Source of the DNA: an uncultured Pelotomaculum sp.
GTDB lineage: Bacteria; Bacillota; Desulfotomaculia; Desulfotomaculales; Pelotomaculaceae
Length of the DNA: 64,000 bases
Direction of reading: 5' to 3'
NCBI GenBank assembly: GCA_964543575.1
Contig: CAZIYV010000001.1
Coordinates: forward strand, 1,408 to 65,407
How positions within the stretch are numbered: position 1 is the stretch's first letter; each line of letters opens with the position of its first letter. Of this stretch, positions 18,133 to 28,136 are shown piece by piece. The translations under genes were made by a program, and so were the position numbers. Under the pieces are notes generated by a model that was not told the DNA's origin, ran no database searches, and saw only the letters and a program-made list of their open reading frames with translations.

Positions 18133-19209
18133 ATGGACTATCCAAGTCCGCTGCAAATAGTGCTGACTGTTGTTGATCCTGATTATGCCAAAGCAAGAAC
18201 AATTAACATCAGCAAAGTCAAAGCCAAGGTCAAAGCCAATAAGAGCTTATTTAAGTCAGCAGTGGCATTAGCCAAAAGAAACGGTCTATACTACTGTTTG
18301 ATCAGTAAGCTTGAGGAGCTTCCAGGGGAATTGCCTTTTCTGAATAAAAAATGCTGGCAGGATGAAAACAGAAGACGTAAAGAATTCACCAGAACCGTTG
18401 AGCTGTTGAACAACACATCCGTTAAATATCAGTTGAATTATATTTTATTTAAACACTGCAATACATATCCTCATATTCCAAGGGATGTCGATATTTTTGT
18501 GAATAAGGATGCTCAGCTTAATATGCTGAGCGCCCTTGAAACTGCCGGCATGAAATATGAGCAATTGAACAGTATTGAAACTTCCATAGAGAAAAAAGGC
18601 TTCCTGAAGGTGGATGTCTATACGCAGGTCAGCTATTTTGCAGTGGAGTTTATTGACGGTGATTATTTCCGGCGGCATCAGGCCACCGGCGCCATATTCG
18701 GCATACAGTACCCCGGACTGGATATGGAAGCAAACCTTCTGCTGGCTCTGGTGCACAGCTTGTTTGGCCACAGAAGCATATCGCTGCTGGATTTTTTACA
18801 CATCAAACACTTAAGGCGGCATATGGCGGACTTTGCTTCTTGCAGGGCTTACGCCTGCCAAAAAGGATGGGGACCTTCATTTGACTTGATAATGACAGAG
18901 TTAGACAACCTCATGGAAAGAGTCTACGAAAAGGGCGAGACAATCAAATTTCCTTACATATTCAGCAAACAATTGATACTGGCCTGTGTTTCAACGGTGG
19001 ATGGTTTGCATATAAAAAACAAGCTTGCTTTTTCTCTATCCCTTGCTCTGGATAGAATACGCGAGTCACAACGAAATTCATTTATATACAATTTGCTGAA
19101 GAAATTCAAGCCGTCAAGGGTATTTCTTAATCAACTGATAACATTTGTCAGAATGGCCAGGGGTGACGGCAAGGCGGTAGCCGGTGGTGACAGGCGGCAA
19201 GGGCAGTGA
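18133..19209 (+). CDS. Uncharacterised nucleotidyltransferase (pol-beta superfamily-like)
   Basis: YILFK...PRDVDIFV...KVDVY acidic motif pattern. Confidence 0.65.
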   Translation: MDYPSPLQIVLTVVDPDYAKARTINISKVKAKVKANKSLFKSAVALAKRNGLYYCLISKLEELPGELPFLNKKCWQDENRRRKEFTRTVELLNNTSVKYQLNYILFKHCNTYPHIPRDVDIFVNKDAQLNMLSALETAGMKYEQLNSIETSIEKKGFLKVDVYTQVSYFAVEFIDGDYFRRHQATGAIFGIQYPGLDMEANLLLALVHSLFGHRSISLLDFLHIKHLRRHMADFASCRAYACQKGWGPSFDLIMTELDNLMERVYEKGETIKFPYIFSKQLILACVSTVDGLHIKNKLAFSLSLALDRIRESQRNSFIYNLLKKFKPSRVFLNQLITFVRMARGDGKAVAGGDRRQGQ

Positions 19210-20032
19210 CAGAAGAGTGAAATTAATAATAAAGCCCGGGTGTGGCCGGCAAATGATAAATTTCAAAGAGTTGCTGGAATACCGAGACTTATTGTATTTT
19301 CTTGTTGCCCGTGACCTGAAGGTGCGCTATAAGCAAACAGTGCTGGGGGGCTTGTGGGCTATTATCCAGCCGCTGTTTTCGATGGCTGTGTTCACCGTCT
19401 TCTTCGGCAAGCTGGCTAAAATGCCTTCTGATGGTATTCCTTATCCGGTTTTCAACTTTGCCGCCATGGTTGCCTGGACCTACCTGGCCAATGCTGTGAC
19501 CGGCGCCGGCAACAGCCTGATCACAGATGTGAATTTAATATCCAAGGTGTACTTTCCGCGCTTGATGATACCCCTGGCGCCTGCTATAGCAGGCATACTG
19601 GACTTTACTATTGCCTCCGTGGTATTAGCCGGCATGCTGCTGTATTATCACATTTATCCCACGGTAATGATCTTGCTTTTGCCGTTTTTGTTGCTCATGA
19701 TGATATTTACCGCCTGTGGCGCCGGTATTTTTCTGGCCGCCTTAAACGCTAAGTACCGGGATATCAGATATACCATTCCATTTATGGTGCAGCTGTGGAT
19801 GTTTGCTTCACCTATTGTTTACCCTTCGTCAATAGTGCCCGCAAAATATCAGTACATCTATGCCTTAAACCCCATGGTCGGCATTATTGAGGGGATGCGG
19901 TCCATATTATTGGGAACTGTTCCATTACCCACGCAAAACATATTAATATCAGCGTTGGTCAGTTCGCTGCTGTTCATAGGCGGTATCTTTTATTTTAAGC
20001 AGGTCGAGAGGTATTTTGCTGATATTATCTAA
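19184..20032 (+). CDS. wzm: ABC-2 glycan export permease
   Basis: RDLKVRYKQTVLG, SKVYFPR, YRD, SPIVYP and NPM motifs. Confidence 0.92.
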   Translation: MVTGGKGSDRRVKLIIKPGCGRQMINFKELLEYRDLLYFLVARDLKVRYKQTVLGGLWAIIQPLFSMAVFTVFFGKLAKMPSDGIPYPVFNFAAMVAWTYLANAVTGAGNSLITDVNLISKVYFPRLMIPLAPAIAGILDFTIASVVLAGMLLYYHIYPTVMILLLPFLLLMMIFTACGAGIFLAALNAKYRDIRYTIPFMVQLWMFASPIVYPSSIVPAKYQYIYALNPMVGIIEGMRSILLGTVPLPTQNILISALVSSLLFIGGIFYFKQVERYFADII

Positions 20033-20045
20033 GGCGGGTGCGGCC

Positions 20046-21326
20046 ATGTCAAAAGCAGTAATCAAGGCTGGCGGCTTATCCAAGCGCTATCGGATAGGTG
20101 CTGCTGTAAAAGGCTATAAGACCTTCAGTGAGGCGCTGGTGGAGAGTATAACAGCGCCGGCTAAAAACCTGGCTAAGCTAAAAAGCATGACCAGGTTCAA
20201 AGACACTCCGGAGGAAAACAGCATCTTGGTGCTCAACGACGTTTCCTTTGAGGTTGACGAGGGGGAGGTCCTGGGCATCATCGGCGGTAATGGGGCAGGC
20301 AAAACCACTCTATTGAAAATACTGTCCAGGATCACCTGGCCCACCGGCGGTCAGGTGGAAATATACGGCAGAATATCAAGCCTGTTGGAGGTCGGCACAG
20401 GGTTCCACCCAGAGCTTACAGGCAGGGAAAATATTTTTTTAAACGGCGCCATATTAGGCATGAGAAAGCGTGAAATCGAGAAGAGGTTTGATGAAATAGT
20501 CGACTTCGCCGGATTGGAAAAGTTTTTGGACACACCTGTAAAGCGATATTCCAGCGGCATGTATGTCAGGCTGGCCTTTTCCGTGGCGGCGCATCTTGAG
20601 CCGGAAATACTGCTGGTGGATGAAGTGCTGGCCGTAGGTGATCTGGCCTTTCGGAAAAAATGCCTGGGCAAGATGGGTGACATATCCCAAAGCGGACGCA
20701 CAGTTCTTTTCGTGAGCCACGATATGGGGGCCGTCAGAAATTTATGCGGCTCCGCCATCTGGCTGGATAGTGGAAAAATGATGAAAAGGGGCGCTCCTCC
20801 TGAAATAATCAGGCTGTATCAGGAAAGCCAGCTACAGCTCTATGGTAATACCTCCTGCGTTGTAGAAAGAAGTTATGAAAATATAAAAAACAAGAGCTTG
20901 TATTTTAGCCGTGTCGAAATATGTAACGTAAAAGGTGAGTACGCCAACACATTTAAGTATGGTGAGCAGGTAATTCTCCTGGTCAACCTGGATGGCGGCA
21001 TAACTTCAGGAGATTACAGCCCAGAATTCTATATTTACAATGAACTGGGGCAACTGGTTTCCGTGGGGGCCTCAGGTCCCTACCACGGCCAGTACTTTGG
21101 GGCAAAAGTTAAAAGGCTGCGCATTGAAATCGGGCCTTTGATTCTCACCAGCGGACAATACGCCATTTCTCTAAGTGTGATATATAAAATGTCACGCGCC
21201 GATACCTGGGAGAATGCTGTTGGTTTTAATATTACCAAATGTCAGCCCTTTGCGGCAGAATGTGATATCCCCACCTTCAGGGAAGGGGTTTGTGTTTTAA
21301 ACCAGTCCTTTGCGCGAGCAGATTGA
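20046..21326 (+). CDS. wzt: ABC glycan export ATPase with C-terminal Wzt_C domain
   Basis: GGNGAGKTT, GTGFHPELTGREN, YSSGMYVRLAF and LLVDE motifs; about 170-aa C-terminal extension. Confidence 0.92.
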   Translation: MSKAVIKAGGLSKRYRIGAAVKGYKTFSEALVESITAPAKNLAKLKSMTRFKDTPEENSILVLNDVSFEVDEGEVLGIIGGNGAGKTTLLKILSRITWPTGGQVEIYGRISSLLEVGTGFHPELTGRENIFLNGAILGMRKREIEKRFDEIVDFAGLEKFLDTPVKRYSSGMYVRLAFSVAAHLEPEILLVDEVLAVGDLAFRKKCLGKMGDISQSGRTVLFVSHDMGAVRNLCGSAIWLDSGKMMKRGAPPEIIRLYQESQLQLYGNTSCVVERSYENIKNKSLYFSRVEICNVKGEYANTFKYGEQVILLVNLDGGITSGDYSPEFYIYNELGQLVSVGASGPYHGQYFGAKVKRLRIEIGPLILTSGQYAISLSVIYKMSRADTWENAVGFNITKCQPFAAECDIPTFREGVCVLNQSFARAD

Positions 21327-21358
21327 TATAAACATGTAGTCCAATGAGTGAGGTTAAT

Positions 21359-22789
21359 ATGGAGGAAAAAATTAACAAAGTATTGTATCCCGGTAATCTT
21401 CCTGTATTTGGCGCTCCCGGCTACCACCCGCAATTCGAGCATCTCAATAATCCCCCGGAAGGCTACAAGTTTATTCACGCAAGCGCCGGCAGGTTATCCA
21501 AATTATTGCGCCTGCTTATTATAATAATAAACTGGTTCTTTTCTCCCGGAGGAATCAAGGTAAAATTAGAGGCTGTATTGAGGTTCATCAGAAGAAAGAG
21601 CTACAGAACTGAATTGCAGCGCTTTTACAATCACAAAAACACTTCACCTGATCGTGAATATGTCCACATAAGAAGCCTGGAATATTTTAAAATAACTAGA
21701 TGCCTTTTTGCCACTGCAGTCAAATTATTAATTAATGCCAAAAGAAAAGGCGCAAAACTAAGGGGAGCCGTTGGATTTTTACTGACAAGGGATATATTAT
21801 CGCAACTAATGATGCCGGTTAATGTTAAACTGGCATTTTTACCTTCTTTTCCTTGCATTCTCGGACAGATACCCTGGGTTGTGGAAATCGAGGATCCTCT
21901 GACTTTATTCATACCTTTTGTGCACACCGGCTTTACGAGCGGTGTAAAAATACATGACATCTCCTGTTACTCCTATGTTAAGGCGCTTATTGAAGATGAA
22001 AGCTGCAGAGGCATCATTTGTCACGTTAAATCAACAGCAGAGGCACTGCCGGTCCTTTTTGACAATGATGAACTGAAGAAAAAAATATTTTATATACCTA
22101 TCGGCGTCAGCCTGCCGTCAGCGTCCAGTCAGGTTGAGAGGCGAAGTGAAAAGGAAACCATAATATTGTTTACAAACTCGTGGCACCAGAGCGCGGGCGG
22201 CTTTTACATGAGGGGAGGTCTTGATCTCCTCGAGGCATTCTCTATCCTCGCTTCAAAATACACTAATATAAAAATGATTCTCAGGACTGCCCTACCCGGC
22301 AATTTAGACGAACGCTATCTAAATATGATCAAGAACAACAACATTGAAGTCATAGATTATTTTCTTCCTGCCGGCGCTATGGAAGATCTTTTATCGGGAG
22401 CGGATATTTACGCCTTGCCCGCGGCCCGGCTCCACGTGGTATCCACACTGAAAGCGATGGCCCATGGCCTGGCGGTGCTGGTTTCAGACGGCTGGGGCTT
22501 TGAAGATTATATTGAGCACGGGCGCAACGGTTTGACGGCAAAGGGAAGGTACGGAAAGTGTTCATGGATGGACCGGTACGGGATGCTCAGGGAAGATTAC
22601 AAGCCGCTGTTTGAGAGTGATCCCGTGGTGGCAGACAGCATAGCTGATAATTTATCCCTGCTCATCGAAAACCCGGTATTAAGAAAAAAACTGGGCGATG
22701 CCGCGAGAAGAGACGTTGAGACCAGGTTTTCAATAGATAACTGGAATAAGAGTCTTTCTGAGGTGTTTTGTAAGTCCATGACATCATAG
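21359..22789 (+). CDS. Divergent GT4 glycosyltransferase
   Basis: RGGLDLLEAF, ADIYALP and LKAMAHGLAVLVSD..GFEDYIEHGRNG motifs. Confidence 0.8.
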   Translation: MEEKINKVLYPGNLPVFGAPGYHPQFEHLNNPPEGYKFIHASAGRLSKLLRLLIIIINWFFSPGGIKVKLEAVLRFIRRKSYRTELQRFYNHKNTSPDREYVHIRSLEYFKITRCLFATAVKLLINAKRKGAKLRGAVGFLLTRDILSQLMMPVNVKLAFLPSFPCILGQIPWVVEIEDPLTLFIPFVHTGFTSGVKIHDISCYSYVKALIEDESCRGIICHVKSTAEALPVLFDNDELKKKIFYIPIGVSLPSASSQVERRSEKETIILFTNSWHQSAGGFYMRGGLDLLEAFSILASKYTNIKMILRTALPGNLDERYLNMIKNNNIEVIDYFLPAGAMEDLLSGADIYALPAARLHVVSTLKAMAHGLAVLVSDGWGFEDYIEHGRNGLTAKGRYGKCSWMDRYGMLREDYKPLFESDPVVADSIADNLSLLIENPVLRKKLGDAARRDVETRFSIDNWNKSLSEVFCKSMTS

Positions 22790-22828
22790 GTATAAAATAC
22801 TAACAATTCCCTGGAAAAGGATGATAAA

Positions 22829-24178
22829 GTGAAAGTTTTATTATTTAATTCATGTTTCATATCAAAAAGAAAAGATCAGATTGAAATTACAACTCCGCAC
22901 ATAAGAATAGGAATAAGCAGTATAGCTTCTTACTTGAGGGAAAAAGGAATAGATGTGCGCCTGGTTGATCCCGAAATAGATAAACTAAACCTGCAAAATA
23001 TCAAAAGAATAATCCTTGATTATTCTTTTGATATGGTAGGGTTGCCCGCATATACGGAAGAGATCAGTGACGCGTCAACAATTGCAGCGACTGTTAAAGA
23101 CACTAATCCTTGTATCATAACCGTTGTGGGAGGGCCGCATGTTTCCGCGTTACCTGAAGAAACATTAACAGAATTCAGTTCATTTGATGTGGGTGTTATA
23201 GGAGAAGGGGAACAGGCATTTTTAGAATTGGCAGAGGGAAAAGAAATAAAAGATGTTAATGGAATAGTATACCGGGCTGGTAATAATAATATTGTTCGGA
23301 ATCCACCCGGGAAACTAATTAGCTCTTTAGATAAGCTTCCGCTTCCGGCATGGGATTTATATGATATTAAGAAATATGGGGACACCCTGCCCATAGAACC
23401 TTTAAGAGGATGTCCATTTTCTTGTGTTTTTTGCTTCAGAACCTTAGGACGTAAGGTAAGATACAAAAGCCCGGAAAGAATAGCTGATGAAATAGAAAAC
23501 AACATCGTGAAGTACGGCATAAGGTCATTTCAGTTTCTAGCCGGTACATTCCCAATTAGTAAACAACATGCGATTGCGGTATTTGATGAGATAATAAAAA
23601 GGGACTTAAAAATAAAGTGGGGCAGCAGTGTCAGGGTAGATACAGTCAATGAAGAATTACTAATAAAGATGAAAGAAGCTTCATGTGAAAGGCTGCAGTT
23701 TGGAGTTGAATCCGGAGATCCCGATCTGCTTAATCTGTGCGGGAAAGGCACCAAACTGGAGGATATAAAAAGTATTTTTAAAGTTTGTTCAGACATCGGA
23801 ATAAAAGCTGGAATGAATTTTATATTGGGTTTGCCTTACGAAAGTGAAGAATCAATTTCCCGAACTATAAGATTTGCTTCAGAGTTGAGAGAGCATTCCA
23901 GCAGCGCCAATTTTGCCATTTTGGTTCCATTTCCCGGGACCAAAGTATATGATATGGCAATAAGGAACGAGGCCGGGTTGGAATTGTGCACCAGGGATTG
24001 GGTTAATTATGGCAAGCAGGCCGGTCTGGCTTTAAGGCATCAACATTTCCCCGGTACCAGGCTCAATAAAATTCAAACAAAACTTTATTTCTCTTATTAC
24101 ATGCAAAAAAATCCACTTAAACTGTTAAAATATTTTTCACGGAAGAGGATATCACAGCTAATAAAAGGATACATTTGA
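22829..24178 (+). CDS. B12-binding radical SAM protein
   Basis: GGPHVS, GEGE, RGCPFSCVFC and GVESG motifs. Confidence 0.88.
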   Translation: MKVLLFNSCFISKRKDQIEITTPHIRIGISSIASYLREKGIDVRLVDPEIDKLNLQNIKRIILDYSFDMVGLPAYTEEISDASTIAATVKDTNPCIITVVGGPHVSALPEETLTEFSSFDVGVIGEGEQAFLELAEGKEIKDVNGIVYRAGNNNIVRNPPGKLISSLDKLPLPAWDLYDIKKYGDTLPIEPLRGCPFSCVFCFRTLGRKVRYKSPERIADEIENNIVKYGIRSFQFLAGTFPISKQHAIAVFDEIIKRDLKIKWGSSVRVDTVNEELLIKMKEASCERLQFGVESGDPDLLNLCGKGTKLEDIKSIFKVCSDIGIKAGMNFILGLPYESEESISRTIRFASELREHSSSANFAILVPFPGTKVYDMAIRNEAGLELCTRDWVNYGKQAGLALRHQHFPGTRLNKIQTKLYFSYYMQKNPLKLLKYFSRKRISQLIKGYI

Positions 24179-24254
24179 CATTATTAAGTAGTAAACATTT
24201 TATTGGCGATTTGTTTGTTAAAGTAAGAATATTTTAGGAGACTTAATAGATAAA

Positions 24255-25148
24255 ATGGTATTTAATAATATTACTATTGATGACAAAGAAGAATTAGTAT
24301 GTAATTATCCAATGGTTAGTGTCATAACCCCTGTTCTAAATGGTGTTAAATACTTGGAGAGCTGTATTGATAGTGTTTTAAACCAGAGTTATTATAATGT
24401 TGAGCATATTTTTGTTGATGGTGGCTCAGACGATGGTACCTTGAATGTAATTAAGAATTACATTTCTAAATTTCCTTATAGAATTAGACTACTATCAGAG
24501 CCCGATAAAGGTGTTGGTGATGCTTTAAATAAAGGCATTAAAATGGCAAACGGAGAAATTATAGGATGGTTAGATTCAGATAGTTATTTTGAAAAAAATA
24601 CAATTAATATAGTTGCAAATTATTTCAAAAACAATCCAGGCGCTTATGTTGTCTTTGGAGAATGCTGTCTTGTAAATGAAAACAATGAAATCATTGGGAA
24701 ATACCCAATTAAGGATTTTGATCTAAAAGAAGCAATAACAAATAGATGTTGTATTCCATTTCAATCTACCTTTTACAAAAAAAAGTTGTTTGAAAGAGTT
24801 GGTTTATTTAATGATTTGGGGAATTGTCAGGAGTTCTGGATTAGAACTGGTAAGTGCTTTACGTTTTATAGAATTCAATCGGTTCTTTCCAATAATAGAT
24901 TAGATGAGGAAGGAATTTTTTTTTCAAAGGACGTTGATAAAAGAAAAGTATTAAAAAACAGATTGCGTGAAGATTGTAATATGTGTATACAACACGGTGG
25001 TTCATTTTTAGCGCCACGGGTTAGAAGATATTATATTTTTATGTTATTTGACAAATTGGGTCTTTATAGCATTATTGCCAGTGTAATTTTAAAAAACAGG
25101 TATCGATATTGTCTGATAGATAAGATATTAAGAGCGCTAAAAATTTAA
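24255..25148 (+). CDS. GT2 glycosyltransferase (WfgS-like)
   Basis: VSVITPVLN, VDGGSDDGT, EPDKG and GWLDSD motifs. Confidence 0.88.
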   Translation: MVFNNITIDDKEELVCNYPMVSVITPVLNGVKYLESCIDSVLNQSYYNVEHIFVDGGSDDGTLNVIKNYISKFPYRIRLLSEPDKGVGDALNKGIKMANGEIIGWLDSDSYFEKNTINIVANYFKNNPGAYVVFGECCLVNENNEIIGKYPIKDFDLKEAITNRCCIPFQSTFYKKKLFERVGLFNDLGNCQEFWIRTGKCFTFYRIQSVLSNNRLDEEGIFFSKDVDKRKVLKNRLREDCNMCIQHGGSFLAPRVRRYYIFMLFDKLGLYSIIASVILKNRYRYCLIDKILRALKI

Positions 25149-25184
25149 ATTCTGGCAACTAGATTTTCAAAAGGATTAATTATT

Positions 25185-27428
25185 ATGGTAAAAAGCTTAA
25201 AAATAATATCTTTTGTTTTGCTGATATTAATACACTTTTTAGTATGGTATAGTATAAAGTTGGAAGTTCCATATTTTAGGCAATTAATTTGCTTTATATA
25301 TCTTATATTAGTGCCCGGAAGTATTTTAATAAAATTATTCCAGCTAAAAAATATGTGCTTTTTTGAAAGATTGGTTTACACCATTGGTTTAAGCATATCA
25401 TTTGTCATTATTATTGGATTAATAATCAATACAGCATATTTGCTTTTAAAAATATTAGAGCCAATATCTGTTGTACCATTAATGACTGCAATTAATATTG
25501 CAGTCATTATTCTCTATATCATATACGTAACAAGAGAATGGGAATGCCCAGAATTATGTTGCGACAGGTTTATTAAATGCATTAAAACGAATTTTTCCAG
25601 TTCGGCATTTTTATGCTACTTGCTTCCTGTCTTAAGCATCATTGGAGCCAGTGCGGTTAATTATTATAATAATAATGTGGTTTTTTTTGCTTTAATAATT
25701 ATAGAGGTTATAATTATTGTCTTGATTGGCTTTGATTTATTTAACAACAAAAGCCTTTATCCTTTGGCTATTTTTTCAATTGCGCTCTCATTAGTGTTTT
25801 ATAGAACAATGATCACAACGTTTATTTCCGGTACGGATATACATCAGGAATACTATGTGACGAATTTAGTAATCAGAAATGCTACCTGGGATTTTAGCTT
25901 TTCAAATAATTACAACAGTGTGCTTTCTGTTGCTATATTTGTACCGGTTATTTCAGTTTTATGTAATATTGGCTTGGGTTGGGTTTTAAAAATTTGTTGT
26001 GGTTTAATCCTATCCATGGTGCCTTTATGCATATACTTTTTTTGTCTAAAACAATCCAACGGGAAATTGGCTATCTTTTCGAGTTTTTTGTTTGTGGGAG
26101 GTTCATATTTTTATACAAATTTGCCGGTTATGGTGAAGCAGCAGATCAGTATGCTGTTTTTTGTTTTACTAATATTACTCATGGTTGACCGGCAGATCGG
26201 CAAAGTAGTCAAGACGGTTATGCTGATTATATTTGGTTTTTCATTGTCAACTACTCATTATGGGTTAACATATATTTATGTTTTATTTATTGCGGCAGGC
26301 GCACTGGCAAAAAAACTAAATAGTTCTTATAAATCAAAAAAAGCTTGCGCTATTGATACTCCTTCCAGAATTGCCGAAAGAGACAGTGTAATTACAACTA
26401 CCTTTATTTTTTTTATGATTGTAGTCTCTTTATCATGGTACATGTATATTGCCAAATCCTCTTCATTTGATGCGATTGCGCGGTTCGGCATGCACGTTAT
26501 CGACAGTGTTGTCAATGATTTTTCAGCAACAACATCTGTCGCGGAGAAATTAAATGAGGCAAAGCAGGTGACTATATCCTTAACAATAATAAACTTAATT
26601 AATATTATTATAAATTATTTCATAAGATTATGTGTAATTGTTGGTTTTGTATCGGCATTATTAAAGCCTGAGAATTATAAGTTCAATAGAGAATACATAG
26701 CATTTTCTATTCCTGCTTTTCTTGCTTATTTAAGTTGCATCGCTCCTCCCTTCATTTCCCCTTTACTGTCGGGGAGTATGGATTTATCGCGTGTCGTAAA
26801 TATATTATTTCTAGTTTTATCGCCTTATTGTGTTCTTGGAATTATTATTCTAATAAGAGTAATGCTGCGTATATTTAAAGCTCAAAGAGAAAAATATGTT
26901 ATTGGAAAAGCACACTATGTGCTGATATCATTAGTACTCAGCCTGTATTTTATATTTCAAACCGGTTTTGTTTTTGAGTTGGCATGGAATGGCAGTTCAA
27001 ATTCAGTTTCCATAGGTCAGGAGGGTATAAGAAAAAATGGTACATTAGAACAAAGGATAACTTTGTATGACGTGCTTACTCTTAAGCAGGATGTCTTAAG
27101 CGCTGAATGGTTGGGAAAATATAGAGAACCACTCGAAAAGATATATGCTACATACAATGACATAAGAGTTCACACGCTAACAAGTTATGGCATGATTCCG
27201 GTGCAAGATGTGTCAAAAATATCGGAAAATGCTTATGTAAAAATTGAAAATGGAGCTTATGTCTACCTGCAGCCCCTCAATATCATTGAGGGGTGGGGAA
27301 CAGAATTTGACGCCGGCGCTCCTCGTGGCATGAGGCACACTTATTTTCGAATGGACGATATGTATTATCATTTGTCAGGCGAAAAATCCAAAATATATTC
27401 AAATGGGGGAAGTGAAATATATAAGTAG
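25185..27428 (+). CDS. DUF2206-family polytopic membrane protein (probable GT-C fold)
   Basis: Many TM helices; GTDIHQEYY..NLV, YNSVLSV, KQQI, THYG and KIYSNG motifs recalled from archaeal DUF2206 proteins. Confidence 0.75.
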   Translation: MVKSLKIISFVLLILIHFLVWYSIKLEVPYFRQLICFIYLILVPGSILIKLFQLKNMCFFERLVYTIGLSISFVIIIGLIINTAYLLLKILEPISVVPLMTAINIAVIILYIIYVTREWECPELCCDRFIKCIKTNFSSSAFLCYLLPVLSIIGASAVNYYNNNVVFFALIIIEVIIIVLIGFDLFNNKSLYPLAIFSIALSLVFYRTMITTFISGTDIHQEYYVTNLVIRNATWDFSFSNNYNSVLSVAIFVPVISVLCNIGLGWVLKICCGLILSMVPLCIYFFCLKQSNGKLAIFSSFLFVGGSYFYTNLPVMVKQQISMLFFVLLILLMVDRQIGKVVKTVMLIIFGFSLSTTHYGLTYIYVLFIAAGALAKKLNSSYKSKKACAIDTPSRIAERDSVITTTFIFFMIVVSLSWYMYIAKSSSFDAIARFGMHVIDSVVNDFSATTSVAEKLNEAKQVTISLTIINLINIIINYFIRLCVIVGFVSALLKPENYKFNREYIAFSIPAFLAYLSCIAPPFISPLLSGSMDLSRVVNILFLVLSPYCVLGIIILIRVMLRIFKAQREKYVIGKAHYVLISLVLSLYFIFQTGFVFELAWNGSSNSVSIGQEGIRKNGTLEQRITLYDVLTLKQDVLSAEWLGKYREPLEKIYATYNDIRVHTLTSYGMIPVQDVSKISENAYVKIENGAYVYLQPLNIIEGWGTEFDAGAPRGMRHTYFRMDDMYYHLSGEKSKIYSNGGSEIYK

Positions 27429-27548
27429 ACCAAAGATAGTATGAATGTTGTCATAAATACAGGTGACGAAGTGTTGGAATGAATTATTGATATGAATTAT
27501 TGGAGTGCTGTTATGCAAAAGAAGGTACACGGTAAAATGCAGGTAAAT

Positions 27549-28136
27549 ATGAACGACAAAGTGATGCGAGCAAGTGAATTGTATATAGAAGCTTTGAATT
27601 CAATTAAAATAATGAGCAATGCGAATTTATTCTTGAACATAGAGAAAGTTGTCGATTTATTATTGGAATGCTTCAGGAATTCCGGTAAAGTCCTCATTTT
27701 CGGCAACGGAGGCTCGGCTGCCGACGCTCAACACATATGCGGCGAGCTTGTGGGGCGTTTTTCCATAGAAAGAGCGCCTTTAAGCGCGCTTGCCCTGACC
27801 ACCGATACATCGGTGCTTACAGCCTGGGGCAATGACTACGATTTTGAGACCATCTTTCTGCGCCAGGTCGAGGCGCACGGTCATCCCAGGGATGTAGCCT
27901 GGGGAATTTCCACCAGCGGAAATTCTCGCAACGTGCTGAGAGCCCTGGCGCGGGCGCGCGAATTGGGGTTGAAAACCGTAGGGCTTTTGGGGAACGGCGG
28001 CGGAAAAGCTTTGGCCTTATGTGACGGCGCCGTTGCCGTCGAAGAAACGCAAACCCCCCGTATTCAGGAGGTCCACGTTATCATCTACCACATCATCTGC
28101 GCCCTGGTTGAAGAGAGAATGTTCGCACATGCTTGA
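27549..28136 (+). CDS. gmhA: D-sedoheptulose-7-phosphate isomerase
   Basis: GNGGSAADAQH, GNDY, STSGNS and IQEVH motifs. Confidence 0.93.
   Translation: MNDKVMRASELYIEALNSIKIMSNANLFLNIEKVVDLLLECFRNSGKVLIFGNGGSAADAQHICGELVGRFSIERAPLSALALTTDTSVLTAWGNDYDFETIFLRQVEAHGHPRDVAWGISTSGNSRNVLRALARARELGLKTVGLLGNGGGKALALCDGAVAVEETQTPRIQEVHVIIYHIICALVEERMFAHA

Noticed and set aside
17514-19209. Lasso-peptide cluster (kinase plus nucleotidyltransferase as in paeninodin loci)
   Set aside because: No lasso cyclase, B1/B2 proteins or suitable precursor is visible.
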